IMG/VR virus record: IMGVR_UViG_3300046009_004608 | Location: 1 to 53,987 of that record | DNA: 53,987 nt | Direction: 5' to 3' (one strand) | Origin: a virus | Lineage: Duplodnaviria; Caudoviricetes | In this document: positions 7,339 to 17,777 of the stretch, piece by piece | Position numbering within the stretch: the stretch's first letter is position 1 | Layout of the letters: the number at the start of each line of letters is the position of its first letter | Notes under the pieces: generated by a model | What the model saw: the letters and a program-made list of their open reading frames with translations, nothing else | Told to the model about the DNA's origin: nothing | The model's database searches: none | Position numbers and translations under genes: made by a program

Positions 7339-7509
7339 ATGCTAACCCTTGACCGACTTCTCTCAAACGGCTGGATCGATGAAGCCTACGCAAAGAAGAA
7401 GGGGATCGGTCGTCTGCCGGCGCAAATCCATAGACTCAGGGCAAAGGGCTACACCATCTTGGCAATCCGTAACGGCAATAAGTCTAAGTATGTGATCGGG
7501 GAGCCCTGA
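7339..7509 (+). CDS. Small winged-HTH DNA-binding protein
   Basis: GIGRLPAQIHRLRAKGYTI motif, typical of small phage wHTH proteins. Confidence 0.6.
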   Translation: MLTLDRLLSNGWIDEAYAKKKGIGRLPAQIHRLRAKGYTILAIRNGNKSKYVIGEP

Positions 7510-10500
7510 TGCCAATTAAAGCAGCCCTAACGATTGGAGCTAAAGGCGCAGGCAAGGTAGCCAAGGCCACTGACCAAGAGGCTTTGGTTGAGGCGGCTAA
7601 GGCGGCGGATCGGGCGGCGGCTGGACGGCGGGCTGCAGATGTAGCTAAGGCGACAGAGCCGATGAAGATCTCCGAGGCGTTAGGTAACCTAAACGTCGAG
7701 GGTAAGGGCAAATTAAAAGTCACCCAGTCCGACCGCACTAGAGTCGGCGGCGGGAATATCGGCGGCGCCATGTTCTCCGGTCTACAGCAGGTCGATCCGT
7801 TTTATGAGGGTTTGGTCTGGGGTGTCGGTGAAAAGGGCACAGCCAGCAAAATGATTGGCCAGTCCGATCCTTTTACATTTTGGTCAACCATCCTTGGCGC
7901 CGAAGACCAGTTGAAGTCAAACCCTCTGGTGTTCAATAAACTGCGTAAAGGTTTCACTGACGCCATGAAAGAGGGCAAGCTCACTAAAGAGCTTGAGAAG
8001 AAGATCAATCACAATCTGGCCCTGACCTTCGGGGAGGGTGCCGAGATCCGCGACCCGAAGATTTGGCAGAAGGCCGACACCTTTGAGAAACGGGCAGCTC
8101 TTGCAGACATTATGTTGGGCAAGGGCATCCCACCATCCAAGGGCGGCGTTGCATTAGGCGGTGAGAAGAGCGGCAAGGGCGTGATCTTCCGTCCGACTGA
8201 TATTCTGAAACAGGAGACTGAGCCGCTTTTGTTACACCCAGAGCACGGTGGAGATGTCCCAACGTTTGCGGTTGGACCGCGGCTATTTAACCTTGAGGGA
8301 AATGTCGTTCACCGTCCAGACCTGCACCCGGGTTTCCCTTATCTTCTGACCGGCGAAGATACTGGCATGGTGTTTAAGCCCGGTGAGGCCGAGAAGATCA
8401 TGCGGGATTATGCGCAGAGGCTGAAAGATCAAGGCAAGGCAAGGATCGGTTATTACGAGTGGACCTTGGGTGAAAAGGGTAAGGGCCTGCCGACTCAAGA
8501 CATCAACGAGGAATATCTCACCTACCTGCAAAAGCAGGGTATGGCCGAGGGCGGCCCAGTTGAGGATCAAGATCTGAGCCTAGAAGGCGTCATAGCTGCC
8601 GGAGAAAAAGATCGTGAGGGTATTACGGATGAGGCACTGTTCTATCTAAACCAAGAATTGCGGGAAAAAATTAGTCAATTAAGGGCCGGTCAGATAGGCG
8701 GCTCTGAGCTTCAAAAGTTTTTTCCGAATTACAGCAGTTTTGAAATTGAACGGATGTTTGGTTTTACAGACACAGAGAGCGCAAAGAATCCAGAGATCAC
8801 CAATCCGTCATCTAAAAGAGAAGAGTTTGAACGAACAATAGACATATCAAATGCGCTAAACAGAGAATTAGCGGAAGATCAAAGTCGTGGATTGTGGTAC
8901 CCAAACCTTGCCTCCCGTAAACGCAGGGGCGAAATATTTGCGCAAGGAGGATCTGTCGGATCACCCGAGGGCATCCCCTCGATGGTGTCAGACCTAGAGG
9001 CGCAGTATCAGGCATATAAGGCCGGTGGTGCGGTCCAGATGCGGGACGGCGGCACACCGATTACGGATGAGATCAGCGGGATGTTGCCCGCCCTAGATCC
9101 GAATCAAGAGTCTTATGGAAGTCCGACCTTTGAGGCTACGAAATTCATCGCCTCGCAGATTCCTAAGGCTTTGGTCTCCCCGTTTGTCGGGGCTTACAAG
9201 ACCGTTACTTCAGGGAAGTTTGGAACCCAAGAAGGTATCAAGGCAGGGGAAAAGGCTATGGAAGAGTTCATGCTTCCAAGCGGAGAGCTATCGCCTGAGG
9301 CCGCAGAGAAGGTCGGTCAGTTTGGTAAGTTTATGGAGGAGCTTGAGACCAAGTACAAGCTGCCCCCGATAATGCCCGAGGTGTTTGGGCCGGTTACGGG
9401 ATCGCTGACGGGGATGGGGCCGCAAGCCCGATCCATCGCAGGTAAGGCAGGCACGGCCGTGAAAGAGGCGGTATCTGAAGTCCCGCCGCTACCGGTTGGC
9501 CTATCGATTGAGCCGGTTGGTAAACCTATCGCAGAGGTAATCAAACCGGGCAAGGTAAAGGTGCCGGCTACGGATCTAGGCTTTTACTCCCCGATTGAAA
9601 AGGCTTTGGAGAACAGCCCCCGGAAAGCCGGTCCCGGCCAAGCCTTCATTAACGACATCATGAAGTTCAGCCCCAGCTCAGGCGAGCTTGAGGGAACGGG
9701 CATTATTGACTGGCTGAAGACCCAAAAGAATGTGACCAAGCAGGATGTGCTGGACTACCTAAGCGGCAATAAGATTGAGATTCAGGAGACCGTCCGGGGA
9801 ACAATTCTTACTCCGGATGAGCGTCTGCGATTAAATGACATCAATCGGCTGATATCTAAAGGTGAATATGTTCCTCTAGAAGAAGAAAAATGGTTTGAGG
9901 CAACAAAAGCAAGACTGCAAGAGTTTAAAGAGCCAAAGTATGAAAGCGAAAATTTAATCCTTCCGGGCGGCAAGAACTATCGGGAGATCGTGCTGAGTTT
10001 GCCTGAAGTAAAAAATGCCCCGATTGATAGTGGAAAATCTGCGGCCACAATGTTGTTTGAGCGTGAAATGATGGAGAAATATGGCGGTCAAGATTTTCCA
10101 TCGGTATATCAAAAATTAACGCCCAATGAAATTGACAAGTACGATATGTATGTCCGAGAAGATATAAATAGCCGTAAAACCGAATCAATTTTGCAAGACA
10201 AGCGCAATAACTTCCAATCCTCCCACTTCCCCGAAAAAAACATCCTCGCCCATATGCGGACGCAGGATATGAACATCGGCGGCAAGAAGACTTTGGTTGT
10301 TGAAGAAATTCAATCGGATTGGCATCAGGAGGGGCGTGAAAAGGGTTACAAGCCAAACGATTTACAAAACATGAAATTGCCTAAAAATTATTCAGTAAAA
10401 CAAGATGCAAGTTCAAACGAAAATCCTTATGCCGTATTTGATGAACAGGGAAATCCATTGACTGCTGGATTTCACAAAGATAAAGAATCTGCCCTTAATG

Positions 10501-11333
10501 AATTTTTTAGCAATAAATTTAAAAATGCTGTGCCTAATGCTCCATTTAAAAAGGACTGGTATCAGCTAGCCATCAAGCGGCTGATGAAATACGCCGCAGA
10601 TAACGACTATGACCAGATCGCCTTAGTCGGGCCTGAGGAACAGATCCGCCGTGGCAGCCTTGGAACCTATGTTGATGGCCTGACCTTTGAAAAGAATAAG
10701 GATGGCTCCATCAAATTGCTGGCCGAGAAGGGTGAGTCGGTGGTCTTGGATAAGACCGTCAAGCCTGAAGATCTTGAGCTTTATGTCGGCAAGAATGTGG
10801 CCAAGAAGATCCTAAGCACTGAGGACGTAGACGGGACGCTTACTGGGGACGATCTGATGATCGGCGGGGAAGGGATGCGCCAATACTACGGCCGCAGCTA
10901 TCCGGACTCAATCAACCGGATCGGCAAGAAGTACAACGCCAATATTGAGAAGCGTGATCACATCCTCAAAGAGTTTGATTCAAAAGATGTTGAAACAATA
11001 CCGACCGGGGAAGCGGATCGGTTTGGCAGGGAAATGATGGCCTATGGAGTTAAAGACCCCGAGACAGACGAATATATTTCGTTTGAGTATGACTTTGAGA
11101 AAGCCTTGTCTGAGGCCAATAAGAAAGCGCCTCGTACTTCCATGTGGTTTATGGACCTACCGGCAAACCTAAAATCCGATGTGAAGATTGGCCAGCCCTA
11201 CAAAAAGGGTGGCGCAGTCAAAATGCAACGAGGCGGCCCAATCATCGCCCCGTTTAACACCGTTCCAGACGTAACAGATGCGGGAAATTTAATTAACTTT
11301 TCCCTCCAACAGGAGCTAAAACGCTATGCCTGA
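7509..11333 (+). CDS. Large modular (polyvalent) probable internal virion protein, 1274 aa
   Basis: GFYSPIEKAL and SSHF...ILAHMR...LVVEEIQSDWHQEGR...APFKKDW blocks as in large phage polyvalent proteins; six hydrophobic-xx-GG motifs; patchy base composition. Confidence 0.7.
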   Translation: MPIKAALTIGAKGAGKVAKATDQEALVEAAKAADRAAAGRRAADVAKATEPMKISEALGNLNVEGKGKLKVTQSDRTRVGGGNIGGAMFSGLQQVDPFYEGLVWGVGEKGTASKMIGQSDPFTFWSTILGAEDQLKSNPLVFNKLRKGFTDAMKEGKLTKELEKKINHNLALTFGEGAEIRDPKIWQKADTFEKRAALADIMLGKGIPPSKGGVALGGEKSGKGVIFRPTDILKQETEPLLLHPEHGGDVPTFAVGPRLFNLEGNVVHRPDLHPGFPYLLTGEDTGMVFKPGEAEKIMRDYAQRLKDQGKARIGYYEWTLGEKGKGLPTQDINEEYLTYLQKQGMAEGGPVEDQDLSLEGVIAAGEKDREGITDEALFYLNQELREKISQLRAGQIGGSELQKFFPNYSSFEIERMFGFTDTESAKNPEITNPSSKREEFERTIDISNALNRELAEDQSRGLWYPNLASRKRRGEIFAQGGSVGSPEGIPSMVSDLEAQYQAYKAGGAVQMRDGGTPITDEISGMLPALDPNQESYGSPTFEATKFIASQIPKALVSPFVGAYKTVTSGKFGTQEGIKAGEKAMEEFMLPSGELSPEAAEKVGQFGKFMEELETKYKLPPIMPEVFGPVTGSLTGMGPQARSIAGKAGTAVKEAVSEVPPLPVGLSIEPVGKPIAEVIKPGKVKVPATDLGFYSPIEKALENSPRKAGPGQAFINDIMKFSPSSGELEGTGIIDWLKTQKNVTKQDVLDYLSGNKIEIQETVRGTILTPDERLRLNDINRLISKGEYVPLEEEKWFEATKARLQEFKEPKYESENLILPGGKNYREIVLSLPEVKNAPIDSGKSAATMLFEREMMEKYGGQDFPSVYQKLTPNEIDKYDMYVREDINSRKTESILQDKRNNFQSSHFPEKNILAHMRTQDMNIGGKKTLVVEEIQSDWHQEGREKGYKPNDLQNMKLPKNYSVKQDASSNENPYAVFDEQGNPLTAGFHKDKESALNEFFSNKFKNAVPNAPFKKDWYQLAIKRLMKYAADNDYDQIALVGPEEQIRRGSLGTYVDGLTFEKNKDGSIKLLAEKGESVVLDKTVKPEDLELYVGKNVAKKILSTEDVDGTLTGDDLMIGGEGMRQYYGRSYPDSINRIGKKYNANIEKRDHILKEFDSKDVETIPTGEADRFGREMMAYGVKDPETDEYISFEYDFEKALSEANKKAPRTSMWFMDLPANLKSDVKIGQPYKKGGAVKMQRGGPIIAPFNTVPDVTDAGNLINFSLQQELKRYA

Positions 11334-13860
11334 AATGCCAATAGACCCGGAGTTCGGGCGCTTTATTCAAGGCTTAAAGACCACGCCCGATGGCGGTGCG
11401 GTCGTTGAGCTGACAGAAGAAATCACTCAGGTTGAGGAAATGCCTGACGGATCGGCTGTGGTGAACCTGAGCGATCAGTTTACCGGCCCGATGGAGTCTA
11501 AAGACTTCTATGAGAATTTGGCCGACTCCTATGATCTGACTGAGCTTAATTCTATTTCGATGCGCTACCTCGACCTTATCAAAAAAGATAAGGAAGCAAG
11601 GGAAAAGAGAGATAAGCAATACGAGGAGGGCATTCGCCGGACAGGCTTAGGTGATGACGCCCCCGGCGGAGCGCAGTTCATGGGCGCTTCCCGAGTGGTT
11701 CACCCCGTGATGGCTGAGGCTTGCGTGGACTTTGCTGCCCGGGCGATTAAAGAACTATTCCCGCCTGATGGCCCTGCCAGAACCAAGATCTTGGGTGAGG
11801 TCGATCAAACTAAGACTGAAATTGCCGAGCGCAAGAGGGATTACATCAACTGGCAACTAACCGAGCAGATTGAAGAATTTAGGGATGAGCAGGAGCAATT
11901 ACTGACTCAACTGCCCCTTGGCGGCTCTCAATATATGAAGCTCTGGTACGACGAGGAAAAAAAGCGCCCCTGCGCAGAGTTCGTGCCCATAGATAACATT
12001 CTAATTCCTTTTGCCGCGGCTAACTTCTATACCGCCCAGCGGGTCTCGGAAATTCAAGACATCACGGAATGGGAGTTCAAGCGCCGTATCGACCGAGGTC
12101 TATACCGAGATATTGATTTTGTGCGGGCCACCATGGAGCCGGTCGAGACTGCGGCTGAGAAGGCTACAAACAAGATTGAGGGCAAGAAGTTTGAGGATAA
12201 CGAGGACGGTTTACGGCGGGTGTTTCATATCTATACCTACCTGACGCTTGATGACGATCCGTATAGCAAAGGACAAAACGCCCCCTACATCCTGATGATT
12301 GACGACCTTGAGCATGAGGTCATCGGTCTTTATCGGAACTGGGAAGAGGGCGATGAGACCATGACCAAGCTGGACTGGCTCATAGAGTTCAAATTCATCC
12401 CTTGGCGTGGAGCCTATGCAATTGGTCTGCCCCACCTCATCGGAGGCTTGTCGGCCGCTCTTACCGGGGCGCTGCGGGCTTTGCTGGACACTGCGCATAT
12501 CAATAACTCGGCGACCATGCTCAAGATAAAGGGAGCCAAGATCTCTGGGCAGTCCCAGCAGGTTGATGTCACCCAAGTAACCGAGATTGAGGGTGCGCCG
12601 GGGGTAGACGATATCCGCAAGATCGCTATGCCGATGCCATTTAACCCGCCTTCCCCGGTTCTGTATCAGCTTTTGGGATGGCTTACGAGCGCCGCCAAAG
12701 GGGTCGTGACGACCGCGGAAGAGAAGATTTCGGACATCGGGCAAAACACTCCGGTGGGTACGACTCAGGCCCTAATTGAGCAAGGTGCCGCGGTTTTCTC
12801 TGCGATCCATGCCCGTTTACACGACAGTCAACGTCGGGTCCTGATGGTCCTCGGACGGATAAATCGGTGGTATCTAGACGATCAAAGGAAGGGTGACATC
12901 GTTGAGGAGCTTCCGGTTCAACGGGAAGACTTCAAGCGCAATAGCGACGTAGTGCCGGTCTCTGATCCGCACATCTTCTCGGAAACCCAGCGGATATCCC
13001 AGATGCAGGCAGTCCTGCAGATGGCCTCTGCCTATCCGCAATTCTTTGATCAGCGGGTGGTGGTGTCTCGGATGCTCAAACAGTTAAAGGTTCCCAACGT
13101 CAACGAGCTCATGCCCACGGCGCCAACGACCGATGAGATATCGGCCGCTGAGGAAAATGCCGCTATGGCTTTGGGTAAGACCGCCTACGCCTACCCGCGG
13201 CAGGATCAGATTGCCCATATCCATACCCACCTGAGTTTTGCCCTCGACCCGGCCTTGGGATCTAACCCGATCATGGCCAAGCAGTTGATTCCTCAGGTCT
13301 TGGAGCACGTTAAGCAACACATGGTCCTTTGGTACACCAACCGGATGAACGGCTATGTGCCAATGGATCAGGCCAAGTATGAGGATATGCCAGAGGTCAT
13401 GGGGGTAGATCACCAGATCGCCATGGCCGCAGACAACGTAAAGGCCGAAAGCCAGCAGATTTTTGGTTCTCTGATGCCCATGCTCCAGCAGCTCATCCAG
13501 ATGAATCAGCAGTTTGCCCAGCAGGCTATGCAGGCACCCCCTGACGCTGAGGCTCAGGCGGTATTGCAGGCTTCTTTGGCTGAAACCCAACGTCGGGCCA
13601 CGGCAGATCAGGCTGATTTGCAGTTCAAGACCCAGAAGCTACAGGCTGACCTGCAAGACAGTATGCGTAAAGACCAGCAGAAGGCCGCAGAGGCGGCCGC
13701 AAGGCTTCAGGCAGACATTGCCATGAACGCCGAGAACAACCTGACTGAGGAGCGGATACGCAGTGCAGAGCTGGTTTTAGACGAGCAGAAGCTCCGAAAA
13801 GAGCAGGTTGAGACCGCAGTAAGACTTAATAATGAAGTTCAACGCCAACTAGGAGGTTAA
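11326..13860 (+). CDS. Portal protein (P22-like, long C-terminal coiled coil)
   Basis: 844 aa following the terminase; HPVMAEACVDFAARAIKELFPPDGP, LPLGGSQYMKLWYD, PVGTTQALIEQG; Q/A-rich barrel-like tail. Confidence 0.9.
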   Translation: MPEMPIDPEFGRFIQGLKTTPDGGAVVELTEEITQVEEMPDGSAVVNLSDQFTGPMESKDFYENLADSYDLTELNSISMRYLDLIKKDKEAREKRDKQYEEGIRRTGLGDDAPGGAQFMGASRVVHPVMAEACVDFAARAIKELFPPDGPARTKILGEVDQTKTEIAERKRDYINWQLTEQIEEFRDEQEQLLTQLPLGGSQYMKLWYDEEKKRPCAEFVPIDNILIPFAAANFYTAQRVSEIQDITEWEFKRRIDRGLYRDIDFVRATMEPVETAAEKATNKIEGKKFEDNEDGLRRVFHIYTYLTLDDDPYSKGQNAPYILMIDDLEHEVIGLYRNWEEGDETMTKLDWLIEFKFIPWRGAYAIGLPHLIGGLSAALTGALRALLDTAHINNSATMLKIKGAKISGQSQQVDVTQVTEIEGAPGVDDIRKIAMPMPFNPPSPVLYQLLGWLTSAAKGVVTTAEEKISDIGQNTPVGTTQALIEQGAAVFSAIHARLHDSQRRVLMVLGRINRWYLDDQRKGDIVEELPVQREDFKRNSDVVPVSDPHIFSETQRISQMQAVLQMASAYPQFFDQRVVVSRMLKQLKVPNVNELMPTAPTTDEISAAEENAAMALGKTAYAYPRQDQIAHIHTHLSFALDPALGSNPIMAKQLIPQVLEHVKQHMVLWYTNRMNGYVPMDQAKYEDMPEVMGVDHQIAMAADNVKAESQQIFGSLMPMLQQLIQMNQQFAQQAMQAPPDAEAQAVLQASLAETQRRATADQADLQFKTQKLQADLQDSMRKDQQKAAEAAARLQADIAMNAENNLTEERIRSAELVLDEQKLRKEQVETAVRLNNEVQRQLGG

Positions 13861-13862
13861 CC

Positions 13863-14042
13863 ATGGCAACCACTGAGAAAGACGAGCAACAAGAAGCCGT
13901 AAAACAGCACCACCGCATGGCGGCAGGCGCTTGGATTACGGGTAGCGAACTAAAAGAGCAAGGTACAGCGACCCTTCCGAAAGCCAACAGCGATCACGGT
14001 AATTTTTCAAGCGGCAAGGGTGTGGATAAGTCCAACGCATGA
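13863..14042 (+). CDS. Hypothetical 59-aa head-module protein (missing from ORF track)
   Basis: AGGAGGT RBS, ATG 13863: MATTEKDEQQEAVKQHHRMAAGAWITG...DKSNA*; ATGA overlap with the next gene. Confidence 0.75.
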   Translation: MATTEKDEQQEAVKQHHRMAAGAWITGSELKEQGTATLPKANSDHGNFSSGKGVDKSNA

Positions 14043-14224
14043 GGTACACATCCGACTTTATTGGCGCCGTAAAGGCGCGTCAGGCGCTGATCCAGCAGTC
14101 CATGGCACAGGGTAACCCTGTCGATTGGTCTGCCTATCAGCGTTTAGTCGGGGAATATCAAGGACTTGAACAGGCTCTTTCCATCCTTAACAACCTTTTA
14201 AAGGAAGAAGATGAAGATGAATGA
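14039..14224 (+). CDS. Conserved small head-module protein
   Basis: DWSAYQRLVGEYQGLEQAL pattern; lies between portal and GroES. Confidence 0.75.
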   Translation: MRYTSDFIGAVKARQALIQQSMAQGNPVDWSAYQRLVGEYQGLEQALSILNNLLKEEDEDE

Positions 14225-14639
14225 ACCGGTGGCGGGTGAATCCGCCGATTTGCGGGATGCCTTTCCTGCTGTAGACCCCGGTGCGAAGCCTTTGGGCGCA
14301 AGAATTTTGGTTCAGTTGCGCCGCACAAAGAAGAAAACAACTGGTGCCGGGATTATTTTGGTCGAAGAGACCAGAGAAGCCGAAAAGTGGAACAACATGG
14401 TGGCCAAAGTCGTTGAAATTGGCCCGCTTGCTTTCAAAAAGCGAGACACCATGGAACCATGGCCTGAGGGGTCGTGGTGCAAAGTAGGTGACTACTTACG
14501 AGTTCCTAAGTGGGGTGGTGATCGCTGGGAGGTAAAAGTCCCGGGCGAAGAAGAGCCAGCCCTTTTCATGGTCTTAAACGACCACGAAGTGATCGCCAAG
14601 GTCACGGGTAATCCCTTAGAAATGAAGGCACTGGTATGA
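14211..14639 (+). CDS. groES: Phage co-chaperonin GroES (Cpn10)
   Basis: KPLGARILV...TGAGIIL mobile loop, AKVVEIGP, CKVGDY, LNDHEVIA. Confidence 0.88.
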   Translation: MKMNEPVAGESADLRDAFPAVDPGAKPLGARILVQLRRTKKKTTGAGIILVEETREAEKWNNMVAKVVEIGPLAFKKRDTMEPWPEGSWCKVGDYLRVPKWGGDRWEVKVPGEEEPALFMVLNDHEVIAKVTGNPLEMKALV

Positions 14640-15655
14640 GCGAGACACAAAACGCACAGAAAGACCTAGAGTTAATCAAGGTCGAAGAGTCTGCCGACGG
14701 ATCTGCGGTTATTGAGCTTCCGGCAGACATTCCTAGCCCGGATGTAGAAGAAAAACCGGCAGAAGTTGCCGCTTCTGATGACTCTGAGGGGTCAGATGAG
14801 GAGGACGAGGCCGCCCGAGAGGCAGAAATGGCCGATGGCGGGGAGGTAGATCCTGACCAAGAGGCTGTTCGGGAGGCAAAAAGGGCCAAAAGACGGGCTC
14901 GCAAGGAGTATCACAAGCAGGTAGCCGCTGAAAAGAACATTGAGCTGCAGCTTTTAAGGCAGGAAAACCAAGAAATGCGGGAGCGCATGGCCGTTTTAGA
15001 GCGCAAAACGCATGGATCTGAGATTGCTCAGATAAATAAGGCGATTGAGGACCAAGAAACTCGGATTGCCTTTGCCAAAGCCAAGATCAAAGAGGCTACC
15101 GAAAACGGAAACGGCGATCTTTTGGCTTCTGCCCAAGAAATGTGGTTTGAGGCACGAAAAAACCATGAAGCCTTGCAGGAGCTGAAGAAAAGAGCTACCG
15201 CACCGCAAAAGGAACAGACAATCCGGGCGCCAAATCCAATCGTTCAGCAGTACGCCAACGAGTGGATGAGCGAAAACTCATGGTATGACCCAAACGGCCG
15301 GGATCAGGACTCAGCCATCGCCCTTCAGATTGACAAACGACTGTCCGAGGAGGGGTTTAACCCCGAACAGAAACGTTATTGGACGGAATTAACGAATCGG
15401 TTGCGGAAGTATTTGCCGCACCGATATACTGACGATGCAGACGATGAGCCTGCTCAACCAGTTAGAAAGCCGAGGTCGGTAGTGACGGGATCAGGGCGTG
15501 AAAACGCAACGAGTAGTGGCGGCAAGGGGAATACGTTTACGTTAACCCCTGAGCAAGTTCGTGCCATGAAAGATGCGGGTATGTGGGATGACCACGAAAA
15601 ACGCATGAAAATGATCAAACGCTACGCCGAAGCAGCTCGGCAACAAAGGAGTTGA
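14636..15655 (+). CDS. Probable capsid scaffolding protein
   Basis: Acidic N-terminus, long coiled coil, WMSENSWY, C-terminal LTPEQVRAMKDAGM; upstream of the capsid genes. Confidence 0.7.
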   Translation: MSETQNAQKDLELIKVEESADGSAVIELPADIPSPDVEEKPAEVAASDDSEGSDEEDEAAREAEMADGGEVDPDQEAVREAKRAKRRARKEYHKQVAAEKNIELQLLRQENQEMRERMAVLERKTHGSEIAQINKAIEDQETRIAFAKAKIKEATENGNGDLLASAQEMWFEARKNHEALQELKKRATAPQKEQTIRAPNPIVQQYANEWMSENSWYDPNGRDQDSAIALQIDKRLSEEGFNPEQKRYWTELTNRLRKYLPHRYTDDADDEPAQPVRKPRSVVTGSGRENATSSGGKGNTFTLTPEQVRAMKDAGMWDDHEKRMKMIKRYAEAARQQRS

Positions 15656-16191
15656 GAATGGACTCACGTTTAAAAAAATCTTTATCCGCTGGTGGTCGTG
15701 AGAATCGTGCCTTGCAAGACAAGGAAAGATCCGCACCTGAGGACAATTTCGTGTCATCCGAAGAGCGTCGCAAGATGTGGAAGGACGAATGGACACAAAG
15801 CGCACTGCCGAATGCTCCGGATATTCCGGGGTGGCACGTTTGCTGGTTATCAACCACCAACGGTTACGACAGTATCGATAAGCGGATTCGCCTCGGATAT
15901 GTTCCGGTTAAAGCCGATGATATTCCCGGGTTTGAAAATTACCGCGTAAAAGCTGGACAGTACGATGGTTATGTAGCGTGTAATGAAATGCTACTTTTCA
16001 AAATCCCTGAAGACATTTATCAAGAAATCATGGCGCATTTTCACCATGAGGCTCCTCTTGAGGAAGCCAACAAGATAAGGATGCAGGCGGAAAGTATGCA
16101 ACAACGCGACAGTTCCGGGAAACCTCTCGGAAAGGTTGAAGGCGACGGGCTAGGCGACATTGATAAACCCCTACCCGCACCGGTTTTTTAG
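15652..16191 (+). CDS. Conserved head-module protein
   Basis: LPNAPDIPGWHVCWLST...RIRLGYVPVKA motif; position between scaffold and capsid genes. Confidence 0.75.
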   Translation: MRMDSRLKKSLSAGGRENRALQDKERSAPEDNFVSSEERRKMWKDEWTQSALPNAPDIPGWHVCWLSTTNGYDSIDKRIRLGYVPVKADDIPGFENYRVKAGQYDGYVACNEMLLFKIPEDIYQEIMAHFHHEAPLEEANKIRMQAESMQQRDSSGKPLGKVEGDGLGDIDKPLPAPVF

Positions 16192-16226
16192 TGAGGGGAG
16201 GACTTTCAACCATTAAGGAGTAAGAA

Positions 16227-16826
16227 ATGAGTGCAACCTCTGCTCCGTTTGGTCTGCGCCCCGTATTCCACCCGTCAGGACTGGATCGTGCTTTTGCGTT
16301 GGCTAACGGAATTCAAGCAGTTTCGACCTCAGGGAATGTCTCCGCTGGCTTTGCTAGCAACATTCTCAAGGGTCAGCCTGTCAAGATGAACACTGCTGGA
16401 TGGATTGAGCCCGCCGCTACTGGTGAAGCGTTCCTTGGAGCCTTTGCTGGTGTTGAGTGGACTGATGCCACCGGTCGTCGTCGTGTAAGCAACTACTGGC
16501 CCGCCAACGAGTCATTCCAAGTCGGTTCCGTAATTGTTTATTTCTACCAAGACGCCAACATTGTGTATGAGATTCAAGCTGCAGGTTCCTTGGTCCAAAC
16601 CTCAGTTGGTGACGAGTTCGATATTACAAACGAAACCGCTGGCTCAACCACAACCGGCCTGTCGCAAGCTACCCTAGGTACTTCGGCTGCTGGATCTGGC
16701 AACGCTAAGCAGTGTCGTGTTATCGACATCGCTCCGTACCCCGACAATGCTTGGGGAGATGCGTACACGATTGTACGGGTTCAGATCAGCGAATCGCAGT
16801 ACGCAGGTACTGTTAACGCTATTTAA
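16227..16826 (+). CDS. Probable capsid decoration/cement protein
   Basis: APFGLRPV N-terminus, beta-rich, DANIVYEIQ; strong TAAGGAG RBS; directly before the major capsid gene. Confidence 0.65.
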   Translation: MSATSAPFGLRPVFHPSGLDRAFALANGIQAVSTSGNVSAGFASNILKGQPVKMNTAGWIEPAATGEAFLGAFAGVEWTDATGRRRVSNYWPANESFQVGSVIVYFYQDANIVYEIQAAGSLVQTSVGDEFDITNETAGSTTTGLSQATLGTSAAGSGNAKQCRVIDIAPYPDNAWGDAYTIVRVQISESQYAGTVNAI

Positions 16827-16839
16827 GGAGGGCAAATAA

Positions 16840-17754
16840 ATGGCAGCCCCGATGCGCAGTACCGACTTTAGAAGCATAGTTGAGCCAATTCTCAATGAGT
16901 GCTTCGACGGAGTCTATGATCAGCGTACCGATGAATGGTCACGGGTTTTCCGTGAGCAAGAAGGTATCCCCCGTAACTACCACGAAGAGCCTGTCCTTTA
17001 TGGATTTGGCGCAGCACCCCAACTGCCTGATGGAACTCCGGTTACCTATCAGCAGGGTGGTGTTCTGTTCCTCAAGCGCTATGTGTACTCGGTGTATGGC
17101 CTTGCCTTCGCCCTGACCAAAGTGCTGGTTGAGGACGGCGACCATATCCGTATTGGTCAAGTTTACGCTCGTCACCTTGCCCAATCTTTGATTGAGACCA
17201 AGGAGACACTGAGCGCAAACGTGCTCAACCGTGCGTTTAACTCTTCGTATCCCGGCGGCGACGGTGTTGCACTGAATAGTGCCTCTCACCCAATCGTCAA
17301 CGGCACATTCAGCAACCTGCTGACCACGCCCGCTAACCTGTCACAGACCTCGCTTGAGCAGATGCTCATTCAGATCCGTCAGGCAGTGGACAACAACGGC
17401 AAGAAGATCCGTCTGGTTCCGCGTCAACTGATCGTGGCACCGGGCAACGTCTTCCAAGCTGAGGTTCTGCTGAAGTCCGTTCTTCGCGCTGGTAACGCAA
17501 ACAACGACATCAACCCGATCAAGTCGATTGGTCTTCTGGACGAGGGCGCAGCAGTTCTGTCGCGTCTGACTTCCGCCACCGCATGGTGGGTGCAGACCGA
17601 CGCTCCTGAGGGCATGAAGTTGCTGATGCGTCGCAAGCTAGAGAAGACGATGGAAGGTGACTTTGAGACTGACACCATGCGCTACAAGGCAACTGAGCGT
17701 TATGACGTCGGCTTCACTGATCCCCGTGCCGTTTACGGTACACCGGGTGTTTAA
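16840..17754 (+). CDS. Major capsid protein (HK97 fold, Mu gpT-like family)
   Basis: YGLAFALTKVLVED, GGDGVALNSASHP, PRQLIVAP, EGDFETDTMRYKATERYDVGFTDPR; strong RBS and high-expression codon usage. Confidence 0.92.
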   Translation: MAAPMRSTDFRSIVEPILNECFDGVYDQRTDEWSRVFREQEGIPRNYHEEPVLYGFGAAPQLPDGTPVTYQQGGVLFLKRYVYSVYGLAFALTKVLVEDGDHIRIGQVYARHLAQSLIETKETLSANVLNRAFNSSYPGGDGVALNSASHPIVNGTFSNLLTTPANLSQTSLEQMLIQIRQAVDNNGKKIRLVPRQLIVAPGNVFQAEVLLKSVLRAGNANNDINPIKSIGLLDEGAAVLSRLTSATAWWVQTDAPEGMKLLMRRKLEKTMEGDFETDTMRYKATERYDVGFTDPRAVYGTPGV

Positions 17755-17777
17755 CCATTAGAGAACAGGAGTAAATC

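Noticed and set aside
13846-13860. Portal C-terminal ...LGG as a ubiquitin-like GG end
   Set aside because: The GG codons are the AGGAGGT Shine-Dalgarno of the next gene (13863).
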